Assembly (NCBI GenBank): GCA_020348905.1
Contig: CP070756.1
Coordinates: 2,982,074 to 3,042,035, forward strand
DNA length: 59,962 bases
Direction of reading: 5' to 3'
Origin: Candidatus Zixiibacteriota bacterium
GTDB taxonomy: Bacteria; Zixibacteria; MSB-5A5; GN15; FEB-12
This document shows, piece after piece, positions 28,281 to 35,799 of the stretch (the stretch's first letter is position 1; each line of letters begins with the position of its first letter). Below the pieces are notes generated by a model that was not told where the DNA came from, ran no database searches, and saw only the letters and a program-made list of their open reading frames with translations. The translations under genes were made by a program, and so were the position numbers.

Positions 28281-29195
28281 TCAGTACAGGGTCACATCAA
28301 CGTTGCCGGTACCCGAAATAAGCGATACCTTCGGACCCCCGTCACCGAACTGGGCAACCAGACGCTTCCGCGAAACTGACTTTATCTCAACCGGAACCTC
28401 GGTCCGAATCTCACCGCTCTCGGTTTCTATGTCCAGCAGGCCCGATGACGATACAGGTACAGATAACGTGATCGAGCCGCTGGAAGTTTCAACAAAGAAA
28501 TCCTTGGGGCTGTCCAGTTCCGTCTGAACATTTACGGTTCCGGCAGAGGTGTTCAGATCGACGGCACCTCTGACCTGAATAATCGAAATCTTGCTCGATG
28601 TTGATTTGACCTTGATGTCCCCCTCGATCCAATGCAGGTTTATCTCACCGATCGGCTGTACCACCGTTACAGGTCCGAATATATACTCACCCGTGGTCGA
28701 GCCAACCGGATTCTCGACCACTACCTCCCCCTCAACCGACGATATTTGAACCTCTCCGTCAACACACATCACTGAAACCGAGGTCCGGGTGGGTACCGTG
28801 ATTACGAAATCGACAGCCCCGTAGGAATTCGACCCGCTGGTACCGAGGAGCTTACTCCAGAAAGACCGGCCGCGGTTGACCATTTTCAGAAAGTGGGTCT
28901 CAACACTCACCCGGTCCCTGTCCCCCCTGACCTTGATCTCGATATGATCGGCTACTTCTTCAGCCTCGTCGCGACTTGTCGCCCGCACTATCTTGACGGC
29001 ATCAATGATAACCTTATTGTCACTGCCGCCGGTGATAGTGACATTGCCTTTCAGGGCATATAGTTCGAGAACCACCGGCTCGTTTACCTCGACGATTTTC
29101 TGATAATCGAAGGTGTACTCGGCCCCCAGAAGGGACGAACCCGAGAGTAGAACAATTGCCACTATCAGTGGCTGGATGTAATGCAGCCGCGTCAT
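28281..29195 (-). CDS. DUF4097-family exported protein (putative adhesin fold)
   Basis: It has a signal peptide and repeated G.V.I/V strands (GNVTITGG, VSVMCVDGEVQISS, GEINLHWIEGDIKVKS, GAVDLNTSAGTVNV, SGSITLSV). It lies 26 nt downstream of the ECF sigma gene. Confidence 0.7.
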   Translation of the reverse strand: MTRLHYIQPLIVAIVLLSGSSLLGAEYTFDYQKIVEVNEPVVLELYALKGNVTITGGSDNKVIIDAVKIVRATSRDEAEEVADHIEIKVRGDRDRVSVETHFLKMVNRGRSFWSKLLGTSGSNSYGAVDFVITVPTRTSVSVMCVDGEVQISSVEGEVVVENPVGSTTGEYIFGPVTVVQPIGEINLHWIEGDIKVKSTSSKISIIQVRGAVDLNTSAGTVNVQTELDSPKDFFVETSSGSITLSVPVSSSGLLDIETESGEIRTEVPVEIKSVSRKRLVAQFGDGGPKVSLISGTGNVDVTLY

Positions 29196-29221
29196 AAGAC
29201 AGAAATCCTGCTAATAGCCGG

Positions 29222-29788
29222 CTAAACAACCGACCTGAGCCGCTTTTTGAGCAGCTCGCGAGCCCTGAAAATGCGGGCCTTAACGGTTCCAACCGGTATA
29301 TTCAATAAATCGGCTATTTCCTCATAGGATTTATCGTCTTTGTGCCGGTAAATTATCACTTCTCGATACTTATCTGGAAGCGAGGCAATAGCTTCTTCTA
29401 TATTATACTGCTGTTCTTTCCGCTCCAGTTCCTTCTCCGGATTAAACGAATGATCCGGCACCTCAATGCCAACCGAGCCATCCTTGGTATGAACCTCCTG
29501 GTCCAGCGACAGAGCGTTTATCCGCTTTTTTCGAAGATAATCAATTGAGCAGTTGGCAGCGATCTTATACAGCCAGGTCGAAAAGCGATACTCGCTGCGA
29601 TAACTCTCGAGCGAGGCAAAAGCTTTCATAAACGTCTCCTGAACCAGATCGTGGGCCGTTTCGTTGTTACGGACAATCTTGAAAATAATGTGGAAAATGG
29701 CCTGACGATGGCGTTCCGTTAGGCTCTCGTAAGCTCTCTGATTACCTTTCAGCGCATCGGCTATGGTTTTTGCTTCGTTGTCGTCCAA
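29222..29788 (-). CDS. ECF-type RNA polymerase sigma factor (sigma-70 regions 2 and 4)
   Basis: Region 2 reads DLVQETFMKAF...STWLYKIAANCSIDYLRK. Region 4 reads LPDKYREVIIYRH..SYEEIADLLNIPVGTVKARIFRAR. Confidence 0.9.
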   Translation of the reverse strand: MDDNEAKTIADALKGNQRAYESLTERHRQAIFHIIFKIVRNNETAHDLVQETFMKAFASLESYRSEYRFSTWLYKIAANCSIDYLRKKRINALSLDQEVHTKDGSVGIEVPDHSFNPEKELERKEQQYNIEEAIASLPDKYREVIIYRHKDDKSYEEIADLLNIPVGTVKARIFRARELLKKRLRSVV

Positions 29789-29905
29789 CCGTGCTTCTTC
29801 CCTTAGTACGTTAATCCATTTCCTCGGTTTCAGTTAGAAGATATATAATAAGAAACCCCAAACTCGCTAACAAGGGAAAAGTCCCAAACCTCGGCCGTAA
29901 CGATT

Positions 29906-31159
29906 TCAGTTTACGATCGTCGCGAAGTTTTCCGGATCGGTGTCACCCTCGGTGTTAAACAAGAGCACCCGGCTGTCGCTATTTAAGTTCAGGTCCTGTT
30001 TTGCCCGTATGAGGTTCTTGTTTTCCAAAAGGGCCAAAACGGCCGCCAGGCCGGCCGCCCCTGATTCGCCCGATATTATTCTCGAGTCCGCGCCTTCGGG
30101 ATAATAATACTGTCTCATGGCCTTTTTAACGTAATCATCGGAGATAGTCAGAAATAGGCTGTAAGAGTCGCGAATCAGCGGCCAGGCTATAAGCGAAGGC
30201 GTGCCACAATTCAGGCCGGCCATAATCGTCTGCGAGTTACCTCGACTAACTTGCGGCTGACCATCGCCATGACGAATAGACGCCATCAGACAATCAGCTT
30301 GAGTCGGCTCCACCGCGACCAAATTAGGACGACAATCCTGATGAGTGTAGTACCAGGCGGCCGACGCTGCAAAACTGCCAACGCCCGCCTGCACAAAGAC
30401 ATGAGTGAAGTGGTGGCGGTGTCCTGACATGAGCCTGGCCTCGGTTATCTCTCGAAACATGGTTGTGTAACCTGCCATAATCCAGGCCGGGATCTGGGTG
30501 TACCCGGGATACGATGTGTCCGAGATGACATGCCATCCGTTGCGCTCAGCGTCGGTGGCCATTCGACGCACGGTTTCATCATAGTCACCGTCGATTACAG
30601 TCACCTGGGCTCCTTCACCCCGGATGTTATCTATTCGTGCCCTGACAGTACCGGTCGGGATGTATATCACGGCCCTTTGCCCGGTAAGCCGTGAAAACCA
30701 GGCTACCGCCCGCCCATGATTGCCATCGGTGGCGGTACAGAATGGGCGCAAATCCAGTTGACTTATCGCGCCGGGATCGAACAGATTTGCCGCCTCAAAC
30801 TGAACACCCAGTTGTCGCTCCCACCGCTGTTTGATAAAGCGATATATGGCATACGAGGCCCCCATCGCCTTGAAAGCCTTAAGCCCTAATCGATGCGACT
30901 CGTCTTTGATTGAGAGTTCCGCTACGCCGAGCCTCTCAGCCAGCGCCGGCAGCCTGACCAGCGGGGTTGGCTGGTAACCCGGTATGGATCGATGAAACGA
31001 TTGAATATCGTCGCATTCAAAAGCCCGGTACTCTTGCTGAATCCAGAACGGGCTGTCAGTGAGGTACGGATTGCGGCTGCACTGGCACATGTGCGAAATT
31101 AACGACCACCGCAGTAGTTTCACAACGATTTTTGAACGGCAGCCGAGCCGTTCGATCAA
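29906..31159 (-). CDS. dpaL: Diaminopropionate ammonia-lyase (PLP-dependent, fold type II)
   Basis: The diagnostic motif is IKDESHRLGLKAFKAMGASYA (PLP-Lys context), plus TATDGNHGRAVAW and SGESGAAGLAA. The true start may be the ATG at 31090, because a terminator lies only 22 nt upstream of 31159. Confidence 0.8.
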   Translation of the reverse strand: MIERLGCRSKIVVKLLRWSLISHMCQCSRNPYLTDSPFWIQQEYRAFECDDIQSFHRSIPGYQPTPLVRLPALAERLGVAELSIKDESHRLGLKAFKAMGASYAIYRFIKQRWERQLGVQFEAANLFDPGAISQLDLRPFCTATDGNHGRAVAWFSRLTGQRAVIYIPTGTVRARIDNIRGEGAQVTVIDGDYDETVRRMATDAERNGWHVISDTSYPGYTQIPAWIMAGYTTMFREITEARLMSGHRHHFTHVFVQAGVGSFAASAAWYYTHQDCRPNLVAVEPTQADCLMASIRHGDGQPQVSRGNSQTIMAGLNCGTPSLIAWPLIRDSYSLFLTISDDYVKKAMRQYYYPEGADSRIISGESGAAGLAAVLALLENKNLIRAKQDLNLNSDSRVLLFNTEGDTDPENFATIVN

Positions 31160-31180
31160 AACCTGTAACTCAAACCGTGT

Positions 31181-31207
31181 AAAAAAGCTCCCGCACAGAC
31201 GGGAGCT
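31181..31207 (-). terminator. Rho-independent terminator after the DUF2780-like gene
   Basis: The minus strand reads agctcccg-tctgtg-cgggagct followed by TTTTT, a perfect 8-bp stem. Confidence 0.75.
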
Positions 31208-31240
31208 CGATGAATTACTATGTCGTCTTTTTCGTTCTCC

Positions 31241-31624
31241 TTACCTCAATACCTTCTCCAAAACGCTCCTGGTATCAGTCCCACCTTTGGACTGTATGAA
31301 CGACAGCACGATTGGTACGAATCGACTGACCATCCCGGAGTCCAGACCGAGCTTTGAAAAGCCGCCAGTCAAATTAACAAGGTTCCCAATGCCTTCTGTT
31401 TCACCAACAGGAGCCGAAGTGAGCGCTCCCAGAGCTTTTTCTGTGCCACTGGGCTCGGGAGCCGCTTTTATCAGGTTCTCTATCCCGGGAATGAGGTTGG
31501 CCACCCGATTGAAATCACCGCTGTCAAGTTTCTCCCTTGCCAATCTCATAATCAGGCCGGTACCCCCTCTGGCCTGCTCCAGGGTAACCCCCAGATTTTG
31601 AGTCAACTGGTTCAGCAGTTCCAT
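31241..31624 (-). CDS. DUF2780 (VcgC/VcgE-like) family protein
   Basis: The 127-aa product has MELLNQLTQNLGVT.EQA.GG.G...LAREKL..GDF, which matches my recollection of the DUF2780 N-terminal pattern. Confidence 0.55.
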   Translation of the reverse strand: MELLNQLTQNLGVTLEQARGGTGLIMRLAREKLDSGDFNRVANLIPGIENLIKAAPEPSGTEKALGALTSAPVGETEGIGNLVNLTGGFSKLGLDSGMVSRFVPIVLSFIQSKGGTDTRSVLEKVLR

Positions 31625-31714
31625 TGCGAAATCCTTTCCGTCGGGGCACCCGAAACACCATCGTCTGGTTTGTGTTCCCTTCCCATCCGGTGCGTACTCG
31701 TGCCCCGCCTGTTG

Positions 31715-32119
31715 TTAGTACTTGATGACTCGCGGCAGGGTCTTTGCGTTCTCAATCCACTTGTTTATCGTGGTCTGAGACGGCACCTGACGAACAATGT
31801 TTCTTTCCTGATTGATGGTGACCAGGGTCTCGTAGAGATTCTTGGCGTTTCGAGTCGCCATCTCCGGAACGGTGTCTACACCGGCGGCTTCCAGAAGATC
31901 CGAGTATTCGTCCCCGATGCCCTTGATTCGGAACAGGTCGGAAAGGTTCACCAACCTCAAGACCTTCTCCTCACTGATACCGGTTGCCTTGCAAATCTCC
32001 TGTCGACCCTTTGGCGAGGAACCCCTCTCAAGGAGAACCTCGGTGGTAGTAATACCGGTTTTCTTGAGTTTCTCGACGTAAGTCGATTCGATACTCTCAA
32101 TCTTCGTGAGGTTCGCCAT
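31715..32119 (-). CDS. DUF4332 domain protein (helix-hairpin-helix-like)
   Basis: The ATG at 32119 is preceded by AAGGAGG. The pattern is IESIEGIG-like: KIESIESTYVEKLKKTGITT ... LFRIKGIGDEYSDLLEAAGVDT. Confidence 0.65.
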   Translation of the reverse strand: MANLTKIESIESTYVEKLKKTGITTTEVLLERGSSPKGRQEICKATGISEEKVLRLVNLSDLFRIKGIGDEYSDLLEAAGVDTVPEMATRNAKNLYETLVTINQERNIVRQVPSQTTINKWIENAKTLPRVIKY

Positions 32120-32364
32120 AACAGACCTCCTTTTCTGAATGTTGACATTAGCCCCGCGATCCAACCCGACAGATTCGTCATGGCCTTCAGCCAGAATCTC
32201 TCGAGGGAATCACTTTGATTTGCGTGAAATAAATACGTAAGAGGTCCCGTTTTTTGAGAGAGATGGCGGGTCTTTTGGACCACCGAAGATAGGTGGTCCG
32301 GACGCCCAGGAGGCTTTGGCGGATTGCCCGAATTGCCTTCGCGCTCCCGGCCTCATCGATTTAA

Positions 32365-33801
32365 TCACTTTAACAGCAACATCTTACGCGTGGCCACAAA
32401 GTCGCCCGCCTGAAGGCGATAAAGGTAAACCCCGGTTGGCAGAAGTTGACCCGTCTCATCGCGACCGTCCCAACCGATAGTATGATCACCTGCCTCAAAC
32501 TCACGATCCGCCAGTCGTCCCACCTGCTGGCCAATCATGTTGTAGACCGCAATTACCACCCTCGACCGAGTCGCAAGTGAAAAGGCAATGCTGGTAGTTG
32601 GATTGAACGGATTGGGATAATTCTGGCCAAGATGGCTGGTCGCCGGTACAAGGCCCATGGAAGCCTCATCTTCCACTGCGACCAAAATATCGGTACCGTT
32701 TAGCAAAACCGAAACACTGTTATCGTTGATGTTTGTTACCGCCAGGTCGTTGTCACCGTCGTCGTCGAAGTCGGCTGAACAAACCGAGGTCGGCCCGCTT
32801 CCGACCAAGTAATTAACAGCTGTCGCAAAGGTACCGTCACCGTTGTTCAGCAGTATCGAGACATCTCCAGACGTGAAATTGGCAACGGCAATATCGATGC
32901 TCAGGTCTCCGTTAAGGTCAACCAGACACAAGCCGCGTGGTGCCGATCCCGCCGGATAATCTAACCGAGCGCCGAGGGTGCCGTCACCGTTATTGTCAAG
33001 AATTGATACATCGTGTTCGGAAAAGTTGGCAACCGCCAAATCAGAACCCGAAAGGCCGTCAAAGTCAGCTGTCGCCACGGCGCGAGGGTTGCTGCCCACC
33101 GTGTACGTTACCGGAACAGCAAAGGTACCATCCTGATTGTTTATAAGCACCGAGATATCGCCGGTACCGGAATTAGCCACCGCCAGGTCGTTCCACATGT
33201 CGCCGTCGAAGTCAGCCGATACTATCGAGTACGGACTGGTTCCGATTCCGAGCCCATAGGTAACAGGAGCCGGAAAGGTGCCATCACCATTGTTTATCAG
33301 AACCGCGATACTGTCCGCATCGACATTTGCCACGGCCAGATCGGGCAAACCGGCACCATCCAGTTCAACGATACATACCGATCTGGGAGAAGCTCCAGAA
33401 ACTCCGGTGGGGTAATTTTGCGGCGCCGCAAAGACACCAATGCCGTTGTTTTTCAGAATAGACACGTCGTCTGACTCGAAATTGGTCACGGCCAGATCGA
33501 TCTGGGAGTCGTTGTCCAGGTCTCCGGCAGCTACCGAAGAAGGTTGGGTCCCGGCATCATAATTCACGGCCGTGCCAAAGGTGCCGTCACCATTACCAAA
33601 AAGGATTGAAACGTTATTGCTGTTCGCATTGGCCGTAACCAGGTCGTCAAAGCCGTCTCCATCAAAATCCTCGGTGGCGATCGAACGAGGAGCGAGCCCC
33701 ACCGAATAATTGGTGGGGGCATTGATTACCTGACTGTAGGCGGGTCCGGCAATTACACCCACACCAATGGCCCCGCTAAAACATGCTATCATCAGTCGCA
33801 T
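32365..33801 (-). CDS. FG-GAP/VCBS repeat protein with T9SS-type C-terminal sorting domain
   Basis: It has seven or more repeats of FDGDG..DLAVAN....VSIL.NNGDGTF. The C-terminus NYPNPFNPTTSIAFSL...GVYLYRLQAGDFVATRKMLLLK is typical of Por/T9SS CTDs. A signal peptide is present. Confidence 0.85.
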   Translation of the reverse strand: MRLMIACFSGAIGVGVIAGPAYSQVINAPTNYSVGLAPRSIATEDFDGDGFDDLVTANANSNNVSILFGNGDGTFGTAVNYDAGTQPSSVAAGDLDNDSQIDLAVTNFESDDVSILKNNGIGVFAAPQNYPTGVSGASPRSVCIVELDGAGLPDLAVANVDADSIAVLINNGDGTFPAPVTYGLGIGTSPYSIVSADFDGDMWNDLAVANSGTGDISVLINNQDGTFAVPVTYTVGSNPRAVATADFDGLSGSDLAVANFSEHDVSILDNNGDGTLGARLDYPAGSAPRGLCLVDLNGDLSIDIAVANFTSGDVSILLNNGDGTFATAVNYLVGSGPTSVCSADFDDDGDNDLAVTNINDNSVSVLLNGTDILVAVEDEASMGLVPATSHLGQNYPNPFNPTTSIAFSLATRSRVVIAVYNMIGQQVGRLADREFEAGDHTIGWDGRDETGQLLPTGVYLYRLQAGDFVATRKMLLLK

Positions 33802-34193
33802 AATTGGTCTCCTAATGAGCGCAGTAATGTTCGTTCTTTCCCTGGTCGAATCCCACCTTCCAGCCGGGCCCTAATGATGCCGCATGCGACATCGAACGCG
33901 ATTCTTCGGGAAGCGCAACCCCTCTTGATAAAACTAGAGTTGAAAGAAAGGCCCGAACTCTAAAAGGTACTTCCTTTTTCCACGGCTTGCTGGCGATGGT
34001 TGACAACCAGAGCCTATTATAACAACAGCGTGGCCCCCCCAGAAAGTTCCCGGCTGATCCAAATCTAAGAATCAACCTTTGGTATTTTTTCTTCTGCTCC
34101 ACTGCCAGTTGTTGACAGTGGACTGCCGTAAGATAAGAACAGAAGGAATACGTTCAAACCGGTTTGCCGGATTACGGCCCAAAGGTGCGGAAT

Positions 34194-34553
34194 ATGCCAG
34201 GAGACGTCAGCAAGGAGATGTGTAAGGCCGCGTACCGGGCGGAGCAGGTACCCGGAGAAGTAGTTATATATGCCAGCGGGGTGCACCAGCGGCCCGGGTA
34301 CAGAGTATCGTTCGAGCGGGTCGGGGTGACCATCTTTCCACCCCAGTTTTCATTTATGCATGAGCTTCCTGAGAAGACAACGGTCCGTTCGCAGTCACCG
34401 TTTACCCACCAGGTATCGTTTGAGACGGACAGGAAAGTCGATTCAGTAGTAATATATGACGCCGATGGCAGACACGTGATCAAAGTCAGCCAATCCTCCG
34501 GCAAAGGTGCTGAGCCCGAATCCGTCCATTGCGGACAGACCGACGAGCGCTAA
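34194..34553 (+). CDS. Hypothetical small protein
   Basis: The ORF spans 34164-34553 with an ATG at 34194. The composition is beta-rich and plausible (VSFETDRKVDSVVIYDADGRHVIKV). An antisense ORF of similar length also exists, so the strand is uncertain. Confidence 0.3.
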   Translation: MPGDVSKEMCKAAYRAEQVPGEVVIYASGVHQRPGYRVSFERVGVTIFPPQFSFMHELPEKTTVRSQSPFTHQVSFETDRKVDSVVIYDADGRHVIKVSQSSGKGAEPESVHCGQTDER

Positions 34554-34603
34554 GTCACGTCCATGTTTTGCCGGCGAATATGATGCCCCGCCCCTGGAGG
34601 CGG

Positions 34604-35218
34604 TCAGATAATCGAGACCTTCTTTATCCTGAGAAAATCTGCGGATTCCGTCGTCGAACCGTCGGCATCAACCAACTGCCAGTGTTTCTTGAAACGAAGC
34701 GCCGGGTTGTCAATCTTTACATCGCCCACGTCGGAATTGTCCGAGTCTACCGAGATACGAACTTTCTTATCGCATCTTATGGCGGCACTTATCAACAGCG
34801 ATGAAATCAGATAAGAGCAGTTGGTCTGATCGGAGAGGCTATCAAGCTGATGCTCGTATGCATCGACAACCTCTTCCAGCGGCATCGGCTGCCGCACCAG
34901 AAGCTTATTGACCAATGCTTCCGCATCCTGCTTGTACTCGTCGTTAAGCCCCGCGAGGAGCCTCCTGAGACCAACGAGAATCAAAATCGTCTCTTCGAGA
35001 TTGAACTGGTCAATGCGCGTAACGGCCTGACGGTCCAGCCGATAGGCCCGCGAGTCACGGTCAAAGTAGACCGGAAAGTTGGCTTCCGAGATGTCCCTGA
35101 GATACCGGTAAGCCGTTCTCTCGGGAATACCGCAAGCATTCTTGATTGTGTCGAGTGTCACCTGCTGTCGGTGGGTCAGCAGGTTAATCAGACTTAAAAC
35201 CCTCTTAAGCTTTCCCAT
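34604..35218 (-). CDS. HTH plus WYL-domain transcriptional regulator (YafY-like, short)
   Basis: The N-terminal HTH_11-like segment is RVLSLINLLTHRQQVTLDTIKNACGIPERTAYRYLRDI. The C-terminal WYL-like core is KKVRISV...IDNPALRFKKHWQLV...DFLRIKKV. Confidence 0.65.
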   Translation of the reverse strand: MGKLKRVLSLINLLTHRQQVTLDTIKNACGIPERTAYRYLRDISEANFPVYFDRDSRAYRLDRQAVTRIDQFNLEETILILVGLRRLLAGLNDEYKQDAEALVNKLLVRQPMPLEEVVDAYEHQLDSLSDQTNCSYLISSLLISAAIRCDKKVRISVDSDNSDVGDVKIDNPALRFKKHWQLVDADGSTTESADFLRIKKVSII

Positions 35219-35233
35219 GGCAACCTTTACTTC

Positions 35234-35260
35234 GACGGGGGGCGGTCATCGCCCCCCGTC
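35234..35260 (-). promoter_or_regulatory. Perfect GC-rich hairpin between the small peptide gene and the WYL regulator gene
   Basis: The arms are gacggggggcg (35234-35244) and cgccccccgtc (35250-35260), giving an 11-bp perfect stem and a 5-nt loop. No U-run follows on the minus strand. Confidence 0.6.
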
Positions 35261-35278
35261 CCTCCCCGCTCTCTTTTC

Positions 35279-35536
35279 TTACAGAATTGTGCCAACTACG
35301 ATCTCCAGATACATTCGTAGCGTGAGGCTTTTCTCCGGCATTGGCTCTGCGTCCGGTACCGGCGTGGACTCCGTCGGATTGCTGGCGTCCAACGTGGAAT
35401 CGCTCGGTGGGTGAGGGGGGTCACCTCCACCATCAGCAGCAGCTGCCGACGGCAGTGCTGCGACGCCCAGCATGGCAAGCACCAGGGCGACAAGACAGTA
35501 GCAAATGAGGACTGTCAGGATAGGCTTTCTGTTCAA
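35279..35536 (-). CDS. Small exported Pro/Ser/Asp-rich protein (85 aa)
   Basis: The TTG start is preceded by a strong SD (GGAGGT, 6-nt spacer). It has an N-terminal signal/TM segment (ILTVLICYCLVALVLAMLGVAALPSAAAA), a disordered DGGGDPPHPPSD...PVPDAEPMPE stretch and a hydrophobic C-terminus. Confidence 0.55.
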   Translation of the reverse strand: MNRKPILTVLICYCLVALVLAMLGVAALPSAAAADGGGDPPHPPSDSTLDASNPTESTPVPDAEPMPEKSLTLRMYLEIVVGTIL

Positions 35537-35678
35537 CTGTTTACCTCCATCACGAGTTTCGATCTCAGCCCCGTTGATGGAGACTCAACAAAGCCTGTGC
35601 CAATCGGAAAGACCATCGACCCATCAGCGCAAGCATAAATACGACAATGACATATTGCCTGTGAACGGTGATCAGCCT

Positions 35679-35695
35679 ATGCATCCCATTTGCCA
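35679..35695 (-). promoter_or_regulatory. Candidate sigma-54 (-24/-12) promoter
   Basis: The minus strand reads TGGCAAATGGGATGCAT, which has the canonical GG-N10-GC spacing (consensus TGGCAC-N5-TTGCW). It lies ~140 nt upstream of the small-peptide start and just downstream of the EBP-like gene. Confidence 0.5.
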
Positions 35696-35799
35696 CTTTT
35701 CTCGCCGACTGGGCACGAACAGTGGCAAGTTGATTTATTTATATAGGGTTAACGGGAACTGCACAGTGCCGCCGAGCGGCAAAGTGGCAAATTTTGGGG

